From sequence record NC_019406.1: a DNA stretch of 64,000 nucleotides. One strand, written 5' to 3'. The position numbers were made by a program, and so were the translations under genes. Shown here piece by piece: positions 1-6,880 of the stretch (its first letter is position 1; each line of letters begins with the position of its first letter). The notes under the pieces are model-generated. The model saw nothing but the letters and a program-made list of their open reading frames with translations. It had not been told where the DNA came from and searched no databases.

Positions 1-18
1 CACGATCCTCCAAAACAT

Positions 19-108
19 GGGTGAGTTCTCCGAGCGGTCGAAGGGGAGTGACTCTTAATCACTTGGACGAAAGTCCCACCGTGGGTTCGAATCCCACCTC
101 ACCCTCCA
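19..108 (+). tRNA. tRNA-Lys(CTT) with long class II variable arm
   Basis: Acceptor GGGTGAG/CTCACCC, U73, CCA; anticodon arm AGTGA-CTCTTAA-TCACT; T-arm GTGGG-TTCGAAT-CCCAC; long V-arm. Confidence 0.85.
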
Positions 109-114
109 ATTTAT

Positions 115-202
115 CCCGGTGTGACGAAGTTTGGTAGACGTGCGAGTTTCAGATACTCGTGTCCGAGAGGGCGGGGAGGTTCGAATCCTCTCACCGGGAC
201 CA
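115..202 (+). tRNA. tRNA-Leu(CAG)
   Basis: CCCGGTG/CACCGGG, A73, CCA; loop TTCAGAT; long V-arm. Confidence 0.92.
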
Positions 203-209
203 AATTAAT

Positions 210-296
210 GCCCAACTGGTCGGAATGGCAGACGCAGGATACTCAAAATATCCGGACCGCAAGGTCGTCCCGGTTCAAGTCCGGGGTTGGGCACCA
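210..296 (+). tRNA. tRNA-Leu(CAA)
   Basis: GCCCAAC/GTTGGGC, A73, CCA; GGATA-CTCAAAA-TATCC. Confidence 0.93.
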
Positions 297-303
297 AGTT
301 TAA

Positions 304-391
304 CGCAGCGTGGCGGAGTCTGGTAGACGCGCCATCTTGAGAGGGTGGTGTCCGAAAGGGCGGGGAGGTTCGAATCCTCTCGCTGCGACCA
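304..391 (+). tRNA. tRNA-Leu(GAG)
   Basis: CGCAGCG/CGCTGCG, A73, CCA; loop TTGAGAG; long V-arm. Confidence 0.92.
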
Positions 392-399
392 AGTTCTGA

Positions 400-474
400 T
401 CTGGTGTAGTCGAGTGGTTAAGACGCCGCATTGTGGATGCGGAGGCTCTGGTTCAATCCCAGGCACCAGTACCA
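400..474 (+). tRNA. tRNA-His(GTG), no G-1, U72/A73
   Basis: CCGCA-TTGTGGA-TGCGG; 3' end CACCAGT-A-CCA; base -1 is A. Confidence 0.88.
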
Positions 475-478
475 ATAC

Positions 479-553
479 GGGGATGTAGCTCAGGGGTAGA
501 GCGGCTGTTTTGCAAGCAGCGGGTCGGGGGTTCGAATCCCTCCATCTCCACCA
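479..553 (+). tRNA. tRNA-Ala(TGC), canonical
   Basis: G3:U70 pair, TAGCTCAG D-arm, TGC anticodon, CCA. Confidence 0.95.
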
Positions 554-558
554 ACAAC

Positions 559-631
559 GGGGTATGCGCAGGGTCCGCAGGCATCCTTTGCAAGGAAGCT
601 GAGGTGGGTTCGAGTCCCACATACTCCACCA
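559..631 (+). tRNA. tRNA-Ala(TGC), atypical D-arm
   Basis: G3:U70, TGC loop, canonical T-loop and CCA; lacks U8 and normal D-loop. Confidence 0.7.
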
Positions 632-632
632 C

Positions 633-722
633 GGATGGTGAACCGGTCAGGCGCGCCGGGGCGGTTTCGAAAGCCGAGCGGACCTTCACGGGTTTGGGGA
701 TCATGCCCTCCGCCATCCGCCA
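633..722 (+). tRNA. (8/4) tRNA-Ser(CGA)
   Basis: 8-bp acceptor GGATGGTG/CGCCATCC, 4-bp T-stem GGGG/CCTC, G73, CCA, long V-arm. Confidence 0.8.
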
Positions 723-726
723 ACAT

Positions 727-816
727 GGAGAGCGAACCGGACAGCCGCGCCGGGACCGATTGGAAATCGCGTCGGACCTTCACGGGTCTGGGGATGGTGT
801 CCTCCGTTCTCCGCCA
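727..816 (+). tRNA. (8/4) tRNA-Ser(GGA)
   Basis: 8-bp acceptor GGAGAGCG/CGTTCTCC, 4-bp T-stem, loop TTGGAAA, G73, CCA. Confidence 0.8.
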
Positions 817-820
817 ACAA

Positions 821-908
821 GGATGTATGGCTGAGAGGCTGAAAGCGCCCGTCTTGAAAACGGGTCGACCGCAAGGTCGCGGGAGTTCGAATCTCTCTAC
901 ATCCGCCA
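821..908 (+). tRNA. tRNA-Ser(TGA), canonical
   Basis: GGATGTA/TACATCC, G73, CCA; CCCGT-CTTGAAA-ACGGG; long V-arm. Confidence 0.95.
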
Positions 909-979
909 AATGAGGGTCACGACCTCTCTCGCCTGTCGTGAGCAAATTCAGGGAGGATCGCCCTGGAGCCCGTGTAATT

Positions 980-1067
980 GGAGAACAAATCGGCCGGCGG
1001 CCGAGACCGATTGCTAATCGAGTCGGACCTTCACGGGTCTGGGGATGGTGCCCTCTGTTCTCCGCCA
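980..1067 (+). tRNA. (8/4) tRNA-Ser(GCT)
   Basis: 8-bp acceptor GGAGAACA/TGTTCTCC, 4-bp T-stem, loop TTGCTAA, G73, CCA. Confidence 0.8.
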
Positions 1068-1096
1068 TATTCAACCGCGAGCAAGGGAGCCGCAAC

Positions 1097-1318
1097 ATGA
1101 CGACGATGACGCAATGCCGACTGGAACGCAATGGCGCGGTCCAAGTCGCCTGGATCGAGTCGAAGTTCGCTAAGCCGACGAAGGTCGTCAAGATCAAGGT
1201 CGACGGCGAATGGGAAGACGGGTGGGTGGTCGCCAAGACCGGCACGACCCTACCGGCCGAAACGGTCCAGAAGCGCGAGCGGGACTTCAAGTCACACCGC
1301 CGCGCCACCGACGTGTAA
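1097..1318 (+). CDS. hypothetical protein (73 aa)
   Basis: ATG after AAGGGAG RBS; typical codon usage; followed by terminator. Confidence 0.7.
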   Translation: MTTMTQCRLERNGAVQVAWIESKFAKPTKVVKIKVDGEWEDGWVVAKTGTTLPAETVQKRERDFKSHRRATDV

Positions 1319-1321
1319 GGG

Positions 1322-1355
1322 AAACGCCCCGGTTGCGAGACCGGGGCGTTCTTTT
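1322..1355 (+). terminator. intrinsic terminator between convergent genes
   Basis: AACGCCCCGGT-TGCGAG-ACCGGGGCGTT then CTTTT. Confidence 0.85.
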
Positions 1356-1356
1356 G

Positions 1357-1809
1357 TTAGGCCGTCACGCCGTCAGTAGCGGCGATGACCAGCCATTGAG
1401 TACCGGTCCAGCGCAGGATCACCATCGTGGGCGGCGTAGGCACATGCGCGCCCACCACTCCGAGCGGATTGAATGGTAGGAAAGTCAATTCCTGGTACTG
1501 CTGCGCGTTCCATTGGAACGGCTTGCCCGGCGCCGTCTCCGCCAGATTGAGCGTTTCTGAAAGCGCTCGCAACTTGAACGTGGCTCGATTGGCGGTGTTC
1601 GTGCCAGATTCGAACTGAGACGGCAGCGGCAGTAGACGGACGACAATCTCGTCACCGGGCGATTCGCCCGGCGCGAGCCAGCCGTACAGCGTGACGTCGC
1701 TGTTATGCTCCAGGCGGATATCCACCTGACGCTCGTCGTTGCGGTTGATCACCGGGGCCACGGCGTAATTGGTCGCGGCCTGCGGAATTGAGATCAAGGT
1801 AGCAGACAT
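1357..1809 (-). CDS. hypothetical beta-rich protein (150 aa)
   Basis: ATG at 1809 after AAGGAA; the longer 364-aa ORF extension is antisense to the methyltransferase. Confidence 0.65.
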   Translation of the reverse strand: MSATLISIPQAATNYAVAPVINRNDERQVDIRLEHNSDVTLYGWLAPGESPGDEIVVRLLPLPSQFESGTNTANRATFKLRALSETLNLAETAPGKPFQWNAQQYQELTFLPFNPLGVVGAHVPTPPTMVILRWTGTQWLVIAATDGVTA

Positions 1810-1929
1810 ATGGTATTCCTTGGTTTGATGGAACCAGACAACGTCGTCCGGCTCAGCTTGTGTAGCGAACATAACCGGAACATGCAAGACCAGAATGGAC
1901 AGAAATTCTGGCGACGCTAAACTGCGCCC

Positions 1930-2565
1930 ATGACTTACCCGATCGCGCCGACCGCCTTTCCTGAGAACCCGTTCAACCCGGCATGGGTAGCTCGCGATTT
2001 CTTCTACTCCCAGGATGGGATTGGCGAGCATCCTGAACACGCTTGCAAGCGCACCTTCGAGAAGTCCGCGCCGTTCATCTCCGGCGTCCGCAACGCCATC
2101 GACATTGGCTGCCGTGACGGCGAATACAGCCGTTACTTGCAGACTCGGTTCACGCACGTTTATGGCTTCGATCCGCGCCGGCGCGAGTACCTGCCGTTCA
2201 ACGTCGATCTCGGGCGCATGACGCACTTCCTCTGTGCGCTGGGCGATGAGCCCGGTACGATCAAGATGTCTGGAGGTACGCACAATCCGCATGGCCGGAA
2301 GCAGCACTACGCCCCGTGCTTCACCCTCGACAGCTTCAATCTCCAGGATATCGACTACGTCAAGATCGACGTCGAAGGATTCGAGAAGAAGGTACTGATT
2401 GGCGGTTGGGTAACGATTGAGCGTTGCCGGCCGATGATCGTCATCGAGCAAAACGATGTCGTGCTACCGGGGGCCTCGCGCTACGAGGCGCGCGATTGGC
2501 TGGAGCAGCGGGGCTATAGCGTCGCCGCGATCAGCAAGGATGACCTGATCATGGTTCCGCAATAA
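1930..2565 (+). CDS. FkbM-family SAM-dependent methyltransferase
   Basis: IDIGCRDG SAM motif; YVKIDVEGFE...RPMIVIE signature. Confidence 0.85.
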   Translation: MTYPIAPTAFPENPFNPAWVARDFFYSQDGIGEHPEHACKRTFEKSAPFISGVRNAIDIGCRDGEYSRYLQTRFTHVYGFDPRRREYLPFNVDLGRMTHFLCALGDEPGTIKMSGGTHNPHGRKQHYAPCFTLDSFNLQDIDYVKIDVEGFEKKVLIGGWVTIERCRPMIVIEQNDVVLPGASRYEARDWLEQRGYSVAAISKDDLIMVPQ

Positions 2566-2578
2566 CGAGGAGACTTAC

Positions 2579-2809
2579 ATGACCGACGACCAAATCAAGC
2601 ACATGACCGACCGCTTTCTAGGCTGGAAGCTGCCGGCCAACTTCCAACCCGACGCCGGGATCAGCTTCCAGCCCGAGTACAATGTCGAGTTCATGGCGAG
2701 CCAGGGCAAGCCGCCCATGCGTCATGAGCCGGTCGGCACCAACCTGTTCAGCGCCGAGCAGGCCCAGGCGATGATCCGCCACATGCTGGAAGGCCTGCCG
2801 GCCTATTAA
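2579..2809 (+). CDS. hypothetical protein (76 aa)
   Basis: GAGGAG RBS; phage-like small ORF. Confidence 0.7.
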   Translation: MTDDQIKHMTDRFLGWKLPANFQPDAGISFQPEYNVEFMASQGKPPMRHEPVGTNLFSAEQAQAMIRHMLEGLPAY

Positions 2810-2814
2810 CAGTG

Positions 2815-2844
2815 TTGACAGGGCTGGCGCCACATGCCAGTAAT
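2815..2844 (+). promoter_or_regulatory. sigma70-like promoter
   Basis: TTGACA, 17-18 nt spacer, AGTAAT. Confidence 0.6.
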
Positions 2845-2850
2845 CCTGTC

Positions 2851-3060
2851 AGCCAATAGACCCCCTGACGGCGTTCGAGCGATGCGAAGCTCCCGGCATG
2901 CACCGGGCTCCCACAGCATCGTCCCGCCCTCCTGGGGATGCGGCTTCGAGCAGTTTCGTCTGGCCCATCTCACAAAAAGGTGCCCGACGGGGTTGGTGGA
3001 TCACCCGATGCGTACGCGCATCTGAAAACCACCACGAGTTCGCCGGTTCGCCGGCCTTAT
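2851..3060 (+). ncRNA. candidate structured RNA or long leader upstream of the tRNA-Asn-like gene
   Basis: No credible ORF; hairpins CCCGG/CCGGG, GATGCG-TACG-CGCATC, GCCGG-TTCG-CCGGC, GGTGG/CCACC. Confidence 0.5.
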
Positions 3061-3186
3061 ACGGGTGAAGCTCTAGGGTTGTCTCGGTGTAGCGCTGCAC
3101 CGGGCCTTAGGTGGGGAGCGCTTCCCATCATGGAGTGCCGGGTCGTTAACCCGGAGGCGGGGGTTCGAGTCCCTCCACCCGTTCCA
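3061..3186 (+). tRNA. tRNA-Asn(GTT)-like RNA with large D-loop insertion
   Basis: ACGGGTG/CACCCGT, U73, CCA; D-stem GCTC/GAGT; CCGGG-TCGTTAA-CCCGG; canonical T-arm; 126 nt. Confidence 0.75.
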
Positions 3187-3310
3187 ATCATAGGTGGGCC
3201 AGCGGAGAATTTCATCCGTTCGCTGGATCAAGAAAAGGGACGCCGGGGTCTTGCCGGCTACCGAGGGCGCGGCAACTGAACCGCCTACCCCACCGCCTCC
3301 CGGAGCTTCC

Positions 3311-4072
3311 ATGCGCATCCTGGTCTTGAGCGATCTGCACCTCGAATTTGGAGCCATGGATCGCAATTGGGAGCCGCCCGAATGCGACGCGGTGATCCTG
3401 GCCGGCGACATCGCCACCGGCGTCGTCGGCGTCATGTGGGCCAAGACGATTCGGGCTCCCGTCTTCTACGTGCCGGGCAACCACGAATTCTACGGCAAGC
3501 GGCGCTATCATCGCCACATGGAGAAGCTGCACGCCAAGGCGGAGGACTCCAATGTCGCCGTCATGCAGAACCGCATCATCCAGGGCGAGATCGCCGGCGA
3601 GAAGGTCCGTATCCTGGGCGCCACTATGTGGACCGACTTTGGGCTGCACGGGACCGAGCATCTTTCCCAGGTCGCCGCCCAGCGCGAGATGAACGACTAC
3701 AAGCAGATCAGGCTCGATCACAGCAAGATGCTGACGGCCGACGACACGCGCAGCCTGCATCTGGAATCTCGTTATTGGCTGAGCGAGCAACTGCGCCAGC
3801 CGTTCGACGGCAAGACGATCGTCATCACCCACCACGCCCCGTCGGAGCAGTCAATCCCTCCGCGTTATCGTGGCGATGCGCTGTCGCCGGCCTATGCCGC
3901 GCGCCTGGAGAACCTGATCTGCAACTACGAGCCCACGCTGTGGGTTCACGGGCACATTCACGACAGCCTGGACTACCGCATCTGCGGGACGCGCATCGTC
4001 TGCAACCCACGCGGCTATAAGGGCCACGAACTCAACAAGAACTTCGATCCGCATCTGGTGGTGGAGATTTAA
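3311..4072 (+). CDS. calcineurin-like metallophosphoesterase
   Basis: SDLH, AGD, GNHE, THH, HGHIH motifs; ATG at 3311 after GGAG. Confidence 0.9.
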   Translation: MRILVLSDLHLEFGAMDRNWEPPECDAVILAGDIATGVVGVMWAKTIRAPVFYVPGNHEFYGKRRYHRHMEKLHAKAEDSNVAVMQNRIIQGEIAGEKVRILGATMWTDFGLHGTEHLSQVAAQREMNDYKQIRLDHSKMLTADDTRSLHLESRYWLSEQLRQPFDGKTIVITHHAPSEQSIPPRYRGDALSPAYAARLENLICNYEPTLWVHGHIHDSLDYRICGTRIVCNPRGYKGHELNKNFDPHLVVEI

Positions 4073-4074
4073 CG

Positions 4075-4347
4075 ATGAAGGTATGGCGCGTGCTGGGCGG
4101 CGAGGTCAAAGACCTCCAGGCTCCTCAGCCCAAGACGGTCAACGAGTGCGTCGCGCTCTTTCGCGATCAGGCGACCGTTGAGTGGACGGGCGACTACGAG
4201 GATGCGAAGGCGGCCAAGGACGCCTGGAAGGCCCGCGCCCAGCAGACCGTAGACAACGCCCTCATGCGTTTCTTCATCATCGAGATGGACGTCGAGGTTA
4301 TGACGCCGCCGGAGTACGTCGCGCGCCTCCAGGAGCAGCACGCCTAA
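4075..4347 (+). CDS. hypothetical protein (90 aa)
   Basis: Operon-spaced ORF with typical codon usage. Confidence 0.7.
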   Translation: MKVWRVLGGEVKDLQAPQPKTVNECVALFRDQATVEWTGDYEDAKAAKDAWKARAQQTVDNALMRFFIIEMDVEVMTPPEYVARLQEQHA

Positions 4348-4868
4348 TGGCTTACCGCCAAATCATCCCCATCACCGATCCTCTCCTGAGCAAACCTTCC
4401 GTCCCGATCGAACTGATCGACGGTGAAGTACCGCAAGCGATCCTCGATCTCGCCGGCGACATGCTGGAGACCTGCCGGGCCATCAACGGCGCCGGGCTCG
4501 CCGCAGTCCAGGTGGGCGAGCCGGTCCGCATGTTCGTGATGGACCTCGCCCAGATCAACGGCCCGACCATGATCTTCATCAACCCCGAGATCATCTTGCG
4601 CTCGGGCGAGACGATCGAGATGCTTGAGGGTTGCCTGTCGATGCCCGGCATCGGATTCACCCTGGAACGCGCCGCGTCCGTAACGGTCCGCTATACCGCG
4701 ATCGACGGCGAGGAGAAGACCTACGACGCCGGCGGCTACGCGGCGATCTGCTGTCAGCATGAAATCGACCACCTGGACGGCGTTAGGCATATTGACCACT
4801 TGTCGAAGCTGAAGCGTTCGCGCTACATGTCCAAGTTCAAGAGCATGCTGAAAGCACGCTCTGGTTAA
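4347..4868 (+). CDS. def: peptide deformylase
   Basis: GAGLAAVQ, EGCLS and QHEIDHLDG motifs; start overlaps upstream stop (TAATG). Confidence 0.95.
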   Translation: MAYRQIIPITDPLLSKPSVPIELIDGEVPQAILDLAGDMLETCRAINGAGLAAVQVGEPVRMFVMDLAQINGPTMIFINPEIILRSGETIEMLEGCLSMPGIGFTLERAASVTVRYTAIDGEEKTYDAGGYAAICCQHEIDHLDGVRHIDHLSKLKRSRYMSKFKSMLKARSG

Positions 4869-4892
4869 TTTAACTCTCTGCCTGGAGTCCAC

Positions 4893-6092
4893 ATGTCCCA
4901 CTTCGCCCTCGTGGTCGTGACGACCACCAACTCGAAAGATCAACTCAAAGAGGTGCTTCAGCCCTTCCACGAGTTCGAGTGTACCGGCATCAGCGATCAA
5001 TATGTTGTCGAGGTCGATGACACCGACGAGAAGCGCGCGTCGTACGAGACCGCGAAACGTCGCCGTTACCGTTCGCCGGACGGAGCCCTGCACGATCCGT
5101 ACGACAACATCTACTTCCGCGATCTCACGGCTGATGAACTCAAGCAGGCCGGTACCGAGAAATTCGCCCGCATCCCAGGCCTGTTCATCCACGACCAGGA
5201 CTGGAATGACGGGCGTGGATATCGCTCGAAGGTTCACTTCGTGCCGACGGGCTGGGAAGATGTCGAAGTTCCCGTCAAGGAGTTCTCCTCGCTCCGCGAC
5301 TACATCGCCGACGAAACGGATCGCAAGGTCATCGTTCAAGGCGGGCTGCCTGACTACGACGATCAGCACAAGCATGGTTACACGATCGTCGACGCCAAGG
5401 GTGAGGTCGTGAAGACGGTGCGTCGCACCAACCCGAACGCCAAGTGGGATTGGTGGGAGATCGGCGGTCGGTATCGCGGGCGTCTTCTGTCCAAGGGCGT
5501 CTTCGGTTACCAAGGTCGGCCGGGCACCTTCAATAACGACACCTACCACCAGGGCGGCAGCGACGGCCTGCTCAAGGGCGAGATCGACTTCGAGCGCATG
5601 CGCAGGCTGAACGTCGAGAAGCACCTGGGTTTGGTGGAGGAGGCGTACGCCAAGATGGGCGACGTGTCCCGCGAAGAAGTCAAGGCGCTCTGCATCGAAT
5701 ACGCTGACCTTTTCAACAAGGTCATGCGGCCGAAGTTCGCCGCGATCGACGCCGGCACCTGGAAGGACGGCAACGTCTGGGAAAAGGCGAACGCCGAAAG
5801 TCCGCGCTTCGAGGAACTCGGCAAGCTCCTCGACCCCTTCTACGACTACTTCAACGGCGCCGGCTTCGATCGTGACATCGGCGATCCCTGGGCCTGGGCG
5901 GAGGCCATCCCGCCGCTGACCGCTTACGCCTACCTGGGTACCGATGGTGTCTGGCGCGCCTCGGGCGAGATGGGCTGGTTTGGCATTTCGTCCAAGGAAA
6001 AGGACTCGGGCGAATGGAATCGCGAGTTCGCCAAGGCCCTCGCTGCCGTGCCGGATCACCACATGATCTGGGTGGTCGACTGCCACATCTGA
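4893..6092 (+). CDS. conserved hypothetical phage protein (399 aa)
   Basis: GGAG RBS; NPNAKWDWW and GEMGWFG motifs seen in phage hypotheticals. Confidence 0.8.
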   Translation: MSHFALVVVTTTNSKDQLKEVLQPFHEFECTGISDQYVVEVDDTDEKRASYETAKRRRYRSPDGALHDPYDNIYFRDLTADELKQAGTEKFARIPGLFIHDQDWNDGRGYRSKVHFVPTGWEDVEVPVKEFSSLRDYIADETDRKVIVQGGLPDYDDQHKHGYTIVDAKGEVVKTVRRTNPNAKWDWWEIGGRYRGRLLSKGVFGYQGRPGTFNNDTYHQGGSDGLLKGEIDFERMRRLNVEKHLGLVEEAYAKMGDVSREEVKALCIEYADLFNKVMRPKFAAIDAGTWKDGNVWEKANAESPRFEELGKLLDPFYDYFNGAGFDRDIGDPWAWAEAIPPLTAYAYLGTDGVWRASGEMGWFGISSKEKDSGEWNREFAKALAAVPDHHMIWVVDCHI

Positions 6093-6111
6093 AAAAAGTT
6101 TGCCGGAATAG

Positions 6112-6140
6112 TTGACACGTTTCGGCAAGTGTGAGACACA
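6112..6140 (+). promoter_or_regulatory. promoter of tRNA operon 2
   Basis: TTGACA at 6112; weak -10; predicted start coincides with leader ATG at 6148. Confidence 0.55.
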
Positions 6141-6147
6141 CAATCCC

Positions 6148-6243
6148 ATGATGACCTATCGCAACAACGTGCGCCAAATTCGAGTTCGCCAGTTTAACTT
6201 GGCGGGCCGTTCGCACGTGGGCGATGGAGGCAGCGAGGGTTAA
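6148..6243 (+). CDS. leader peptide MMTYRNNVRQIRVRQFNLAGRSHVGDGGSEG
   Basis: Leaderless ORF 36 nt from the -35 start; codons 4-17 only Y,R,N,V,Q,I,F. Confidence 0.75.
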   Translation: MMTYRNNVRQIRVRQFNLAGRSHVGDGGSEG

Positions 6244-6311
6244 GCCCTCAGGCACCATCAAACAGATCGAGCGAAGGCCCGCCAGGAACCCCTGGCGGGC
6301 CTTTTCTTTTT
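6169..6311 (+). promoter_or_regulatory. transcription attenuator (1:2, 2:3 antiterminator, 3:4 terminator)
   Basis: Terminator AAGGCCCGCCAGG-AACC-CCTGGCGGGCCTT plus U-tract (6274-6311); 6198-6214 pairs with 6271-6286 (16 bp, one bulge); CGCCAA/CGCCAG can sequester TTGGCG. Confidence 0.8.
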
Positions 6312-6364
6312 CCACTTTCCGATCCGAGGAGATCGTCATGAACAACGGCGGGTAACCGCCTTCT

Positions 6365-6450
6365 GGGTAGGCATCGGGCACGAGTGAGCCCAACCGACTG
6401 TAAATCGGCCGCGAAAGCTGTGAGGGTGCGAATTCCCTCCCTGCCCTCCA
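6365..6450 (+). tRNA. tRNA-Tyr(GTA), atypical T-loop, U73
   Basis: GGGTAGG/CCTGCCC, CCA; loop CTGTAAA; V-arm; T-loop TGCGAATT. Confidence 0.75.
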
Positions 6451-6451
6451 T

Positions 6452-6526
6452 CCCCATGTAGCTGAGACAGAGTAGCGCCAGAGTGAAATCCTGGAGACGG
6501 AGGTGCGAGCACTCTCGTGGGGGCCA
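6452..6526 (+). tRNA. tRNA-Phe(GAA), atypical
   Basis: CCCCATG/CGTGGGG, CCA; loop GTGAAAT; imperfect T-arm. Confidence 0.7.
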
Positions 6527-6534
6527 TTTTCAGT

Positions 6535-6609
6535 GGCAGGTTAGTTCAGAGGTAGAACGCCGCTATGACATGGCGGATGTCGGGGGTTCAATTCCCTCAC
6601 CTGCTACCA
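6535..6609 (+). tRNA. tRNA-Val(GAC)
   Basis: Cloverleaf, loop ATGACAT, A73, CCA. Confidence 0.88.
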
Positions 6610-6610
6610 T

Positions 6611-6686
6611 CCTAGTGTAGCTCAGTTGGTAGAGCAGCGGATCGATAATCCGCCGGTCGCCGGTTCGATCCCGGCCGCTAGGTCCA
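6611..6686 (+). tRNA. tRNA-Ile(GAT), U73
   Basis: GCGGA-TCGATAA-TCCGC; canonical D/T arms; CCA. Confidence 0.92.
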
Positions 6687-6694
6687 GTTTCTGA

Positions 6695-6770
6695 TGGGGC
6701 ATAGCTCAGGGGTTAGAGCGCGCGCTTGATAAGCGTGAGGCCGTTGGTTCGAGACCAACTGTCCCTACCA
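6695..6770 (+). tRNA. tRNA-Ile(GAT), second copy
   Basis: CGCGC-TTGATAA-GCGTG; A73, CCA; 1:72 mismatch. Confidence 0.9.
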
Positions 6771-6804
6771 AACAAAGGCCGGCGCGGAGATGCGCGCCGC
6801 CTAA

Positions 6805-6880
6805 CGCGAACGGGCCAGATGGGACGGCAGGGGTGTCACATACCTCGATTGACTGTGTTCGATTCACAGGTTCGCGACCA
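6805..6880 (+). tRNA. tRNA-Val(CAC), atypical
   Basis: CGCGAAC/GTTCGCG, A73, CCA; loop GTCACAT. Confidence 0.8.

Noticed and set aside
121-1067. ORFs over the first tRNA cluster (e.g. 433-834+, 490-1308-)
   Set aside because: They overlap clear tRNA genes, have no RBS and encode nonsense composition
2990-3015. T-box-like GGTGGATCACC
   Set aside because: Poor match to the T-box consensus; no specifier stem or downstream terminator found
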